Origin: a virus
Lineage: Duplodnaviria > Caudoviricetes
IMG/VR virus record: IMGVR_UViG_3300020469_000055
Location: 1 to 57,266 of that record
Strand: one strand, 5' to 3'
DNA: 57,266 nt
Below, piece after piece: positions 28,758 through 37,335 of this stretch (the stretch's first letter is position 1; each line of letters opens with the position of its first letter). Below the pieces are notes generated by a model that saw only the letters and a list, made by a program, of their open reading frames with translations, had not been told where the DNA came from and did no database searches. Made by a program: the position numbers and the translations under genes.

Positions 28758-29108
28758 TCAGAGAAAAATATTTTCCTCAAGATCATTCATATAGGTTTCC
28801 ATGATGAGGTTTAGTTCCTTATCACCCCTCATGTCGGCTGGAGCCCAGTCGGATACAATGTCCATTTCGTTTTCTGGGATCATCAGGAAGCCGGTGTTCT
28901 TGCTAATATCATCAGACTCCTTGCTTACAATCATCTGGGAGTAATCCATAGACCAAAGGATTTCATTGGTCATTTCCAAGTCGTTATCTAGGCTGTAGTA
29001 GTAGTCATCCTCATCGTCATATAATGACACAACATAGTCATTATCTCGAAGCTCACGAACTAGTTCGGTAGTACGCTCAGTTAGATAGTTCTTTACAATA
29101 GGTCGCAT
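28758..29108 (-). CDS. Hypothetical acidic protein
   Basis: 116 aa, D/E-rich. Confidence 0.65.
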   Translation of the reverse strand: MRPIVKNYLTERTTELVRELRDNDYVVSLYDDEDDYYYSLDNDLEMTNEILWSMDYSQMIVSKESDDISKNTGFLMIPENEMDIVSDWAPADMRGDKELNLIMETYMNDLEENIFL

Positions 29109-29446
29109 CAGATGTCTCCAGGTCGAGGAATTTCGTAGAATCGTCTAATGTTGTGATGCTTAGCAAGAGCCCGTTCCCAACAGGCTCCTTTACTATGCTG
29201 CCATCCTTCCATCAAATAAATAGCATCGCACTTAAGAAGTGCTTCAACATCCCTTAAAGCACAGGCAGTATAATCATATATATCTAAGCGTCGTTCTGAA
29301 TCAACACCCGCTTCACGATCAAGTTCAGCCGGGTTAATAACATTCCATCCTTCAAGTTTAAGATGATCTGAAATACTATCAAAACGAGGCCAGTTAAGAT
29401 TTTTGTGTCCAGACATAGGACCAGCGACATAAATAGTTTTGATCAT
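29108..29446 (-). CDS. DUF4406 / nucleoside-2-deoxyribosyltransferase-like protein
   Basis: IYVAGPMSG...NPA...CDAIYLMEGWQHSKGACWE. Confidence 0.85.
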   Translation of the reverse strand: MIKTIYVAGPMSGHKNLNWPRFDSISDHLKLEGWNVINPAELDREAGVDSERRLDIYDYTACALRDVEALLKCDAIYLMEGWQHSKGACWERALAKHHNIRRFYEIPRPGDI

Positions 29447-29580
29447 TGAATTACCTCATGATGCTCATAATAATAAAACGGCTCCAACTTTCCTTCACAC
29501 CAACTAGCCGCCCTCTCTTCATTCATATATACACCTACCAAAAGATTGCTTTCTACTCGATGAACTGTCCATACACTCAT
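29443..29580 (-). CDS. Small hypothetical protein (45 aa)
   Basis: Manual translation MSVWTVHR...; ATGA overlaps at both ends. Confidence 0.55.
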   Translation of the reverse strand: MSVWTVHRVESNLLVGVYMNEERAASWCEGKLEPFYYYEHHEVIQ

Positions 29581-29747
29581 TTTTCTTTCTCCTGTTTGTG
29601 ACCTTTCCAAGCACTAACATCTTCATCCCCAGGATCATGGCCTTCCATCCAAACAATATCCTCCCCAAAATGAGTTGGTTCAATATTGTTTTCTAGATAT
29701 TCAAGTAACTTTTTATAATGAAAATTAATAGATCTATTACCTGTCAT
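29577..29747 (-). CDS. Small hypothetical protein (56 aa)
   Basis: Manual translation MTGNRSINFHYKK...; fills the gap. Confidence 0.5.
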   Translation of the reverse strand: MTGNRSINFHYKKLLEYLENNIEPTHFGEDIVWMEGHDPGDEDVSAWKGHKQEKEK

Positions 29748-29952
29748 TATAACTTTCCTTTTCTGCGTCTATATAAAAGTCGTCTCTAGTATAGTTTCCA
29801 TTAGTATCAGCATTTCTGTATTTAGTGTAATATTTATTTCCTCCTCGTTCTTCCGTTTGAGACTTTGTAATTTTTTCAATTGCTTGCTCAATATCTTTAA
29901 CGGTTTTTCGAGCATTTGCTAAAGCCTGATAGAGATCTGTTAATGCTTTCAT
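29737..29952 (-). CDS. Hypothetical protein
   Basis: ATGA overlap with thyX. Confidence 0.6.
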   Translation of the reverse strand: MKALTDLYQALANARKTVKDIEQAIEKITKSQTEERGGNKYYTKYRNADTNGNYTRDDFYIDAEKESYNDR

Positions 29953-30644
29953 TTCGAATCTTCCTTTGAATTGAATCCAAAAAGTGCTGCACTAGCCATT
30001 GGAAAGTGATGATTAAGAATGGACTGAACCGCATTTGCATACTCCCAGCACTCTGCTTGAGCATGGTCATCACCACGAAGATCGACAAAGCGATACCAAG
30101 CCTGAAGAGAACCAGTCCAAATCCATTCAGTCATAGTAGCCTGAGGAAGGAATGCTCGTGCTTGCTCGGGGCAGATACCCCTTTTAATAAGTTCTTGATA
30201 TCCAAGAGAAGCATCAATATATTTTTCTCTAATATTATCAAGAACTATTCCCTCAACAGGGATTGCTCCTTCATGAACAGATCCTTGCTTCATATTGCCA
30301 GGACGCTTTCTAAAAGACTCCGGAAGCCAAAAAGATGGTTTCTCATCAACATATCGTCTGCTTACTTCATTCCAAGCAAACCCAACAACATGCTTCTGAA
30401 ACTGCCTAGCAATAAACATAGGAGCCGTAAAGTGCAGGGTCATTCCAACATGAGCAAAGGGTGACCAGTGATTATGATTAGCAAGATAACGAAGAAGCCT
30501 AGAATTCTGATCTTCACTAAACTGACTTGCCTCCTTGTGAAAAGAGACTCGAGCAGCATCACAGATATCCATATCAGTTCCATTGTTACGCTTGTGAGTA
30601 ACTGGTCTAATAATTTTATGTACCCATCCATCAGTAATTTTCAT
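29949..30644 (-). CDS. thyX: Flavin-dependent thymidylate synthase
   Basis: AARVSF, HWSPFAH, RQFQKH...NEVSRRY, EQARAFLPQ and HAQAE motifs. Confidence 0.93.
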   Translation of the reverse strand: MKITDGWVHKIIRPVTHKRNNGTDMDICDAARVSFHKEASQFSEDQNSRLLRYLANHNHWSPFAHVGMTLHFTAPMFIARQFQKHVVGFAWNEVSRRYVDEKPSFWLPESFRKRPGNMKQGSVHEGAIPVEGIVLDNIREKYIDASLGYQELIKRGICPEQARAFLPQATMTEWIWTGSLQAWYRFVDLRGDDHAQAECWEYANAVQSILNHHFPMASAALFGFNSKEDSK

Positions 30645-30666
30645 AGTAGATCCTTTCAAAAGTGAA

Positions 30667-30750
30667 TAGCCTCGGAGGGACTCGAACCCTCAAGACCCTA
30701 AGGTCGTCAGATTTTAAGTCTGATGCGTATGCCAATTCCGCCACAAGGCC
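30667..30750 (-). tRNA. tRNA-Leu(TAA)
   Basis: GGCCTTG acceptor stem, TCAGA-CTTAAAA-TCTGA anticodon arm, long variable arm, GGTTCGAGTCC; no encoded CCA. Confidence 0.95.
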
Positions 30751-30758
30751 AGTGTTAA

Positions 30759-31025
30759 TTAGTTATCCGTTAGATATGAGTCGTCGGTGAAGTCTCCGTA
30801 TCGTTGGCAGCAATCAGGAGAGTCAATGCTGTCGCAATCAGGACACTCCTCCTCCTCAAAATACTTAAAGTACTTATTGCAAAGATACTCCAAGCCATCC
30901 TCACTAGGAAGACCATCCTTTCCTCCGCAAGCATGGTAAAAACACGACGCTACTTCAAACCAATCAATATCTTGGACATCACCAGTCATCATTATTCTCC
31001 TCATCATCATCATAATGATCTTCAA
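30759..31025 (-). CDS. Hypothetical acidic Cys-rich protein
   Basis: True start probably near 30990 (MTGDVQ); contains CPDC...DCC. Confidence 0.55.
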   Translation of the reverse strand: MKIIMMMMRRIMMTGDVQDIDWFEVASCFYHACGGKDGLPSEDGLEYLCNKYFKYFEEEECPDCDSIDSPDCCQRYGDFTDDSYLTDN

Positions 31026-31302
31026 TAAAAGAAATTGTAACAGACTTTACCCTACCAGAAAAAGTATCAACCTCTACTTCTACAGGATACCGTCCGTCTC
31101 CATATCCTGAATCAATACACAAACCAACTCCCTTACCAAGCGGCTGATTAACATTCTTATCGTAGTCCAACTTTTCACAAAAGTCGTCTACCCAATCGTT
31201 GACACGGCTTGAGGCATCATTGCCCAGTACATAACAAGGATCTCCAATCCAGATACATCCTGCATCTACATTAACGTAATGCTGTTCCATTGTATTCTCC
31301 AA
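30979..31302 (-). CDS. DUF4241-like protein
   Basis: VDAGCIWIGDPCYV...SGYGDGRYPV. Confidence 0.7.
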   Translation of the reverse strand: MENTMEQHYVNVDAGCIWIGDPCYVLGNDASSRVNDWVDDFCEKLDYDKNVNQPLGKGVGLCIDSGYGDGRYPVEVEVDTFSGRVKSVTISFIEDHYDDDEENNDDW

Positions 31303-31310
31303 GGTTGCGT

Positions 31311-31448
31311 TTATCGAATCCTCTTTCCATTACCCGAACGAGAAGTTCGTGCAGGCTGATTACCCTTACCCTTCTTACTTCGACGAGGCTTACCGGGCTT
31401 AAGTCCCCTCATCATATTATTATTTCCAATACTGGTACGCTTTGCCAT
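31311..31448 (-). CDS. Small basic peptide (45 aa)
   Basis: Manual translation MAKRTSIGNNNMMRGLKPGKPRRSKKGKGNQPARTSRSGNGKRIR; AGGAGA RBS. Confidence 0.7.
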   Translation of the reverse strand: MAKRTSIGNNNMMRGLKPGKPRRSKKGKGNQPARTSRSGNGKRIR

Positions 31449-31479
31449 ATGATTCTCCTAAAGTAAATGTGAATTGAAA

Positions 31480-31552
31480 TGCCCTCAGCAGGACTCGAAC
31501 CTGCGACCATCGGCTTAAAAGGCCGCTGCTCTACCAACTGAGCTATGAGGGC
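31480..31552 (-). tRNA. tRNA-Lys(TTT)
   Basis: GCCCTCA acceptor stem, TAGCTCAGTTGGTAGAGC D-arm, CGGC-CTTTTAA-GCCG anticodon arm, GGTTCGAGTCC. Confidence 0.96.
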
Positions 31553-31664
31553 AGTATTAAATTGTCAAGGCAGAGGACGTTTTCGATTCCAATCATCATA
31601 CCGTGAAAATAAATCAGTAATATAACTAGAGTTCTTGTTTGTTCTTTTTATCCAAAGCCTACAT

Positions 31665-31826
31665 CTAGAAGGGCATCTCTTCATTGTCCTTTTCAACCTG
31701 ATCACACCACTCACAAAAATCAGACCATGCTTCTTCTTCATACTCATCTTTATCTTCTCCAGGATAGTTACCGTCCCAGTCTTCTTCCTCAAACAAATCA
31801 AAATCAGGATTGTCTTTGTGATACAT
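31665..31826 (-). CDS. Very acidic peptide (53 aa) ending EEMPF
   Basis: Manual translation MYHKDNPDFDLFEEEDWDGNYPGEDKDEYEEEAWSDFCEWCDQVEKDNEEMPF; TAATG overlap and AAGGAG RBS. Confidence 0.7.
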   Translation of the reverse strand: MYHKDNPDFDLFEEEDWDGNYPGEDKDEYEEEAWSDFCEWCDQVEKDNEEMPF

Positions 31827-32266
31827 TAGTCTGCTCCTTCTCTGAACAATTTGTTATTAGCATCTGCTTCATACTTTAGTTCAAGACGACGCTTCATTTC
31901 TTCATAACTTACAGGATCATATTGAAATCCCATTTTGATCCCACAAATATCCATAAGAATATTTGGACTAAGAACCTCTCCAACAATCATACAAGCCTGA
32001 GCCGCTCGGTATACATCATTTCTGCTCCACCATCCATACTTATCTCCAATATCATACCACCAAAGAATGTAAGCAATCCAATATTCGATGTCTTTCTTGG
32101 TACACTTTGAGGCATAAATATAGTCTAGTTGATCTTCGTTGTCAAGAGGAATAGTAGAAACATCCAACTCGATGGAAGATCCATCGGAAATAATCTGAAG
32201 GATAACATTACTCTCAATTTTGTACTTGTAAGTTGCTTCCTCGAGATAATAAAAAGATACTGTCAT
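31826..32266 (-). CDS. Hypothetical protein
   Basis: ORF with TAATG coupling on both sides. Confidence 0.65.
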   Translation of the reverse strand: MTVSFYYLEEATYKYKIESNVILQIISDGSSIELDVSTIPLDNEDQLDYIYASKCTKKDIEYWIAYILWWYDIGDKYGWWSRNDVYRAAQACMIVGEVLSPNILMDICGIKMGFQYDPVSYEEMKRRLELKYEADANNKLFREGAD

Positions 32267-32661
32267 TAATTCATTTCCTTTCGAACCTTAGTCCAGTAGG
32301 CAACCGTTGCCTTTTTCTTGTAACCGTTCGGCCCACCATTCCAGATGCGAGCCATGTCTTCGTTAGTAGGTATTCGTCCGAGACGCTTTTTAGTTGCATA
32401 CCTTTTCATATAAGCATAAAATACACGTTTGGAATATTCAAGATCAGCACATTGAGAATAGTTTCCACCAATGTTAGCATCTTCCCAACAACCTCGATGT
32501 ATTTGAAGAGGACCAAGAGCAAGATCATTATCACCACGAATAGGACCAATTCTTCCTCCTGTTTCCACGGCATGAATTGCATCAACAAGATCCTTTCCAC
32601 TTACATTAGTTACGATAACTAAGAGAAGTAGAAGTGCTACTATCGTTCTTGGACATTTCAC
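32266..32661 (-). CDS. i-type lysozyme / destabilase-like protein with an N-terminal signal segment
   Basis: AIHAVETGG...GPLQIHRGCWEDA...MARIWNGGPNG...YW; GTG start followed by IVALLLLLVIV. Confidence 0.78.
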   Translation of the reverse strand: MKCPRTIVALLLLLVIVTNVSGKDLVDAIHAVETGGRIGPIRGDNDLALGPLQIHRGCWEDANIGGNYSQCADLEYSKRVFYAYMKRYATKKRLGRIPTNEDMARIWNGGPNGYKKKATVAYWTKVRKEMN

Positions 32662-32788
32662 TTTGAATTCCTTCCGTAACAGAATAAACATCCTGTGCCA
32701 GTCCCTTCATTGTATTACAACCAGCAAAAACAAAGGCACATATAAACGCTCCTCCAATAATAATAATCCACTTGCAGATAAAGTCCAT
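32606..32788 (-). CDS. Entericidin EcnA/B-like lipoprotein
   Basis: Signal peptide, FAGC lipobox, then CNTMKGLAQDV. Confidence 0.7.
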   Translation of the reverse strand: MDFICKWIIIIGGAFICAFVFAGCNTMKGLAQDVYSVTEGIQSEMSKNDSSTSTSLSYRN

Positions 32789-32816
32789 CCTATTATCCTT
32801 ACTCTTGTTTTTCATA

Positions 32817-33143
32817 TCAGTGACCCAACCCTTCTTCCTGCTTCATCTCTTGACGAGAAGAAACGGTTACAGTTTCAGGACGAGACACATCACTAGGCCA
32901 TCGTCCAGTCTTGATAAACGATTCCGGAGCACGCCATCGGAAATCATCCGACTTTGAACCCTCCGACCTCATCATATTCTTAACCCTTCGGCTCATGTCG
33001 TCCTTCCACTGCTGAGCAACGGAAGGAAGAACAAACGAAGGGACATTCATTTCAACAGAATATTCATCGTCAAAGTATTCCTTACCTGAGTGGACATCCA
33101 TCTTGTAGGCCCACTCCGGAACAATGTTTTCAAACTCCTGCAT
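32817..33143 (-). CDS. Hypothetical protein
   Basis: ORF with an AAAGGA RBS. Confidence 0.65.
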   Translation of the reverse strand: MQEFENIVPEWAYKMDVHSGKEYFDDEYSVEMNVPSFVLPSVAQQWKDDMSRRVKNMMRSEGSKSDDFRWRAPESFIKTGRWPSDVSRPETVTVSSRQEMKQEEGLGH

Positions 33144-33387
33144 TAGTTTTTCCTTTCATAAAAATTCTAAGATCTCTAGCAGTCTTTTCAAGCCGTTCAA
33201 CATACTTGATTATAGAAGGATACATACTTTCTTGCATTTCCTGACTAAGATTACAGCCATAATGCCAAGAATCTCCATATGCTTGACCACTTTCAAGTCC
33301 AGGAACATTATAAATTTCAGAGTCTTCATCTTCAACATACAATGTAGTACGAATAAGATAGCCATCAACAATATCAAACTGATCCAT
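33130..33387 (-). CDS. Hypothetical protein
   Basis: 3' part of ORF 33130..33513. Confidence 0.55.
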   Translation of the reverse strand: MDQFDIVDGYLIRTTLYVEDEDSEIYNVPGLESGQAYGDSWHYGCNLSQEMQESMYPSIIKYVERLEKTARDLRIFMKGKTNAGV

Positions 33388-33664
33388 CACTCTCAAGTTC
33401 CTTTCCGTTAGGGTCAAATGCAACAACATCCTCAAGGTAAGTTGCAATAAGTTCAGAGTCTTGGGTTTCCCAATCAAACCAATCATTCTCAAGATCCCAG
33501 ACATCGACCTCATTCTTTCTAATCTTCTCGGAAAACTCCTCCATATTCTTACAGTTATTCCTGCTTAGATCATCTTCAGTAATATCAAAACTAACAAAAG
33601 ACCAACTAATTTCTTTGATAGGAACTTCAATACTTCCGATACTTTGATTATCTCGAACACTCAT
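33374..33664 (-). CDS. Hypothetical acidic protein
   Basis: 96 aa, D/E-rich. Confidence 0.65.
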   Translation of the reverse strand: MSVRDNQSIGSIEVPIKEISWSFVSFDITEDDLSRNNCKNMEEFSEKIRKNEVDVWDLENDWFDWETQDSELIATYLEDVVAFDPNGKELESDGSV

Positions 33665-33666
33665 AG

Positions 33667-34257
33667 TCAGTCAACCTTTCTGGTAATAGTAAAACGGGGA
33701 ACCCAAGACCAAACACGACTTGGAATAGAACGAACATACTTTGAAGCCCTACGAATACGCTGGGTAATACTACGTTCAATACTCTTAATGTACCTTTCAT
33801 TGATGATAATTAGTTCAGACTCCATACGAATCATGTCCTTCTTCATTTGTTGGATGGTTTGCTCTAACTCAGTAACATCAGAAACCTGATCAGAAGTAAT
33901 ATAATCATAACTGTCAAGGTAGTCACGGATAAAATCCGAAACATTAGACTCCTCAATAAATTCATGATTGTATTGAATGCAATCACTAACGCTATCACTA
34001 ACATCCCAGTCTACCAAAGCATCGTTAATAATACTTTCGATCTCGTCTAGACCAACATGATTCTCAGTATTAGCATTATCAGTGTCAAGTTTATTCTTAA
34101 TATCAGTACGAAGATCATCGACATGAGAATCGATCTCATCCTGCATCCACTCGTAAAACTTGGGCTCATACTCACCGTGAGCACGTTCCACCGCATCCTT
34201 AACCGCACCAGCGAGATCGTGAATCGTGACCTTGAGTCCGTAGTCGCTATTAGACAT
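33667..34257 (-). CDS. Acidic helical early protein (DNA-mimic candidate)
   Basis: ATG at 34257 after GGAGA; D/E-rich with a basic C-terminus. Confidence 0.65.
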   Translation of the reverse strand: MSNSDYGLKVTIHDLAGAVKDAVERAHGEYEPKFYEWMQDEIDSHVDDLRTDIKNKLDTDNANTENHVGLDEIESIINDALVDWDVSDSVSDCIQYNHEFIEESNVSDFIRDYLDSYDYITSDQVSDVTELEQTIQQMKKDMIRMESELIIINERYIKSIERSITQRIRRASKYVRSIPSRVWSWVPRFTITRKVD

Positions 34258-34672
34258 TGCTATTCTCCAGATAAGACTTAATATTAGTGGGATTAATATC
34301 CCCGCAAGTAACATCAAACATACAAAGACGACCGCAGTTTACAGCGTCACTCATATCCATTGCATCCTTCACAAGATCATACACAATACCCTCAGAACAA
34401 TCACTAACACGAGGATATCCCCTCTCCAACAGGATCTGAATCCACCCAATCACTTCATCGGTATTAATATCACGGAGGATAAGAACACAGAAGTCGGCAA
34501 TATAACATGCGGTTTGTAGATGCTGAATACACTTCCACACGCCAGGATCTCTATGAGGATCAACATCAGCATACACAGCAGTTTCATCATACTGATCAAC
34601 AATACTGAATGCTGCCTGCTCACTATGCTCAAGCAGCCAAAACCAAAATAGGGGTGTGATTGTATCAGCCAT
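34250..34672 (-). CDS. Hypothetical protein
   Basis: MADTITP start after AAGGA. Confidence 0.6.
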   Translation of the reverse strand: MADTITPLFWFWLLEHSEQAAFSIVDQYDETAVYADVDPHRDPGVWKCIQHLQTACYIADFCVLILRDINTDEVIGWIQILLERGYPRVSDCSEGIVYDLVKDAMDMSDAVNCGRLCMFDVTCGDINPTNIKSYLENSNV

Positions 34673-34831
34673 CAAGATTTTCCTTTTCATAGTTATTGAT
34701 TCGCCTCAGGATACGATCACGCTCCGTAGCCCACTTTTTAATCATAAGAGTATCCTTATCGGCAATAGCCCTAGTATACTCTCGATTCACAGTCTTCAAT
34801 GCTCCGAACAATGTTTCCTTAGTCAATGCCA

Positions 34832-35323
34832 TCAGTCAATCCTCCAAGTGTAAAGGCCATCACCTCTGTAATACTTATCATCGATAAGAATAATAGTGTA
34901 GAGTTGTTCGACTACTCCATCCCATCCAGAGATACCCGCGTCGATATCTCCATTAATATCAAGATCACGAACGAATGCGTCCTCGTCAAACTTCAGATAC
35001 GGTGCAACATATGAACCGCAGTTGACAAGGGAACTATCGATATCATCCTGGGCCATCTCTACCATTGACTCAATCGAGGCATTTCTATACTGAAGATAGA
35101 CATCTTCATCGCAAATTATATGCGTTTCACCTTCATGAGTAAAGGTAAACTGATCACAATTAATATTCTCTGTTTCAAAGTCATCCCGCATGGCACGGAT
35201 AATCTTTGCACGATCACCACCGAAACGATACTCCCATACTTGCGAGGCAATATGAATAAGATCATTTCGAGTAATTCCCTCGAACCCATCATCGGGAAGT
35301 TTAGGATATTCTACGTCAGCCAC
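34832..35323 (-). CDS. ArdA-like acidic antirestriction candidate
   Basis: PYLKFDEDAFVRDLDING resembles the ArdA C-terminal YFDYEAFARDL motif; GTG start after GGAGG. Confidence 0.55.
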   Translation of the reverse strand: MADVEYPKLPDDGFEGITRNDLIHIASQVWEYRFGGDRAKIIRAMRDDFETENINCDQFTFTHEGETHIICDEDVYLQYRNASIESMVEMAQDDIDSSLVNCGSYVAPYLKFDEDAFVRDLDINGDIDAGISGWDGVVEQLYTIILIDDKYYRGDGLYTWRID

Positions 35324-35660
35324 GGAAATCCTCCAATCGGTTGAAACAAAAGTCATCAGTTGGTCCATACCAACATACATTCCAGCATTCAGTACCATTG
35401 TTACCAATGAGAACAGAGTAGATCGCTTCGTTATCTTCCGGATCACGGTCCGGAGGAAAGATCCATACACGAGCAGACTTCTTGGAAACGATATGTTTAT
35501 GGCAGTTACTAATTGTTATTTCATTATCTCCTTCATAATCTTCCCACTCAAGATTCATTTCAACCCGAAGCATGTATCCTCCACACAAAAGAGAACATAC
35601 CAGTGTATGCAATGCATCAAGACGATCAGAAGTCTTATCAAATTCATCTGCTGCGTGCAT
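35316..35660 (-). CDS. Hypothetical protein
   Basis: TAATG-coupled ORF. Confidence 0.6.
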   Translation of the reverse strand: MHAADEFDKTSDRLDALHTLVCSLLCGGYMLRVEMNLEWEDYEGDNEITISNCHKHIVSKKSARVWIFPPDRDPEDNEAIYSVLIGNNGTECWNVCWYGPTDDFCFNRLEDFRG

Positions 35661-35842
35661 TAAAAGCCTCCCATAATTTTAAGTCTACTCTTAACCTGTG
35701 CGATAGTCGCACCCTTGACCAATCGAGACGATCGTTTTCTCCCCTCTATCCAAAATCTCACACCCTCCGGGGTATTCTTCAAGATCACACGTTGGGTATG
35801 ACCGTCACAATCCCTCGTAATAATCACATCAGTCATCAGCAC
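35660..35842 (-). CDS. Hypothetical basic protein
   Basis: Coupled small ORF. Confidence 0.55.
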   Translation of the reverse strand: MLMTDVIITRDCDGHTQRVILKNTPEGVRFWIEGRKRSSRLVKGATIAQVKSRLKIMGGF

Positions 35843-36066
35843 AACTCCGAAAGTTCGTCGTTCATAAGAGCCTCATACTCTTCCTTCGTGAACATCACAC
35901 CACCCTTTGCTAGTGCGAACCGCAAAGCACTATCTCTACAGGCGAATGCCGTATCAATCTCCATCGTACCCAAAGTCCATCGAATGAAGTACCACATATG
36001 ATCAATCCTTTCGGTTGTTGACTTCTCGGATATGGACATCAGTCTCATACCCGTCCACTCCATCAC
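35836..36066 (-). CDS. Hypothetical protein
   Basis: Small ORF; start uncertain. Confidence 0.45.
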   Translation of the reverse strand: MMEWTGMRLMSISEKSTTERIDHMWYFIRWTLGTMEIDTAFACRDSALRFALAKGGVMFTKEEYEALMNDELSELC

Positions 36067-36502
36067 TCACCTTAGCCATCGTACTAAGGCACCACGCCGC
36101 ATCAGCAGCCTGTTCATAGGTAGCGTACCTATAAACTTCATGCCCGAACACTTCCGGGCCGCCCTGACACGCCCCATCGGGAGCATATGCCGCCACCCAA
36201 CTCTCACGGGTCTCATGTACATGATACTCGTTTTCCAGTCGAACATCATCGAACAGGCGGTGAGCGATCACACATCGGTAATACGCACCTCGATTATATG
36301 ACTCCCATACCCTATCAAGGACATTGTTCCAGTTTGTATGTAGAAGACGTGTGATCCATCGGGGAGTAGGATCCCCGGTCGTCATCCTAGCACCCTCTCT
36401 CCGAAAAATCATTCTCTCCTCTTCACAAGCATCCTTGATCTCATAGATTCGTCTAACCCGTGCGATATCTCGATCGTTCCTACGCTTTTCGTCAGCGTTC
36501 AT
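36002..36502 (-). CDS. Hypothetical early protein
   Basis: ATG after a GGAGGT RBS. Confidence 0.7.
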   Translation of the reverse strand: MNADEKRRNDRDIARVRRIYEIKDACEEERMIFRREGARMTTGDPTPRWITRLLHTNWNNVLDRVWESYNRGAYYRCVIAHRLFDDVRLENEYHVHETRESWVAAYAPDGACQGGPEVFGHEVYRYATYEQAADAAWCLSTMAKVSDGVDGYETDVHIREVNNRKD

Positions 36503-36517
36503 ACTTGTGACCTCCAG

Positions 36518-36976
36518 TCAGAGCCATCGCACCAGCACGGACGACTCCCCGTGCATCAGGGTGCAGATCCGACGCCACCTTCGGGCGTCCTCGTTCATAC
36601 CGGGGAACACCCGGACACTCACACTACCGTCCCCCTTCACACACTCGATCTCGATCATTTCGTTCCTTTCCTCCAGCAAGCAGGAATAGTATGCTTAGAC
36701 ACATACCCATCACCTCTGGCTTGAACATATGCCCACGCCGCATCCTCAGTATCGAACCACGCGGACAACCCCGTTGAATCGATCACACCTATCCATATCG
36801 TTACTTCACACATTATCACACCTCCGAATCACGGTCAGTCCGCCACCCGACTTCACACGTCGAGTGATACGTCGGATGCGAGCCTTGTCGGCATCCGTAT
36901 TATCTTTGCTCCACCCTCTCACTTCCTTTTCCGAACGCTTCTCGAGGATAATCCGTGTGAGACTCTTTTTGTTCAT
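36518..36976 (-). other. Three tandem small ORFs (36518-36658, 36655-36813, 36806-36976; 46-56 aa)
   Basis: Manual translation; overlapping start and stop codons with AAGGA/GGAGG/GGAG RBSs. Confidence 0.55.
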
Positions 36977-37242
36977 ACGTCTGACTCCATTCTCGCACCC
37001 TTCCTACGGTTCTCTTCCATAGGTATGATGCGAAGGTTCGTGGGATGATGCGGCCCGCCACATGCGAGCGGCACGATATGATCCACCTCCCACCCCTCCG
37101 GGCAGGCCCGATAGATCGCGATGATCGCCGCGTACAATCGTGGCCGATCCGGACCTACGATACTACGCTTCGCAAGACCGTATGATCTCGCACGATCACG
37201 GGCCTTCCACTCATTCTTGCGAGCCGCTTCGCGAGTCTTCAT
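36973..37242 (-). CDS. HNH endonuclease
   Basis: CPEGWEVDHIVPLACGGPHHPTNLRIIPMEENRRKG. Confidence 0.88.
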   Translation of the reverse strand: MKTREAARKNEWKARDRARSYGLAKRSIVGPDRPRLYAAIIAIYRACPEGWEVDHIVPLACGGPHHPTNLRIIPMEENRRKGARMESDV

Positions 37243-37259
37243 AGGTATGATACTCCGGG

Positions 37260-37324
37260 TGGCAGGATCATCAGGCCGGGAATGCCAATCCCGACTTCCC
37301 CCGTATGCCCGGGGGATTCACCGT
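37260..37324 (-). ncRNA. Type II hammerhead ribozyme candidate (variant core)
   Basis: GGU-GAAU-CCCCCG[GGCAUA]CGGGGG-AA-GUCGGGA[UUGGCAU]UCCCGGC-CUGAUGA-UCC-UGCCA; loop-I UGGCA can pair with the 3' UGCCA; intergenic. Confidence 0.68.
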
Positions 37325-37335
37325 AGGTATGAGAG

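Noticed and set aside
31865-31884. Degenerate promoter-like TTGAACTAAAGTATGAAG
   Set aside because: It needs two indels and lies inside coding sequence (LELKYE).
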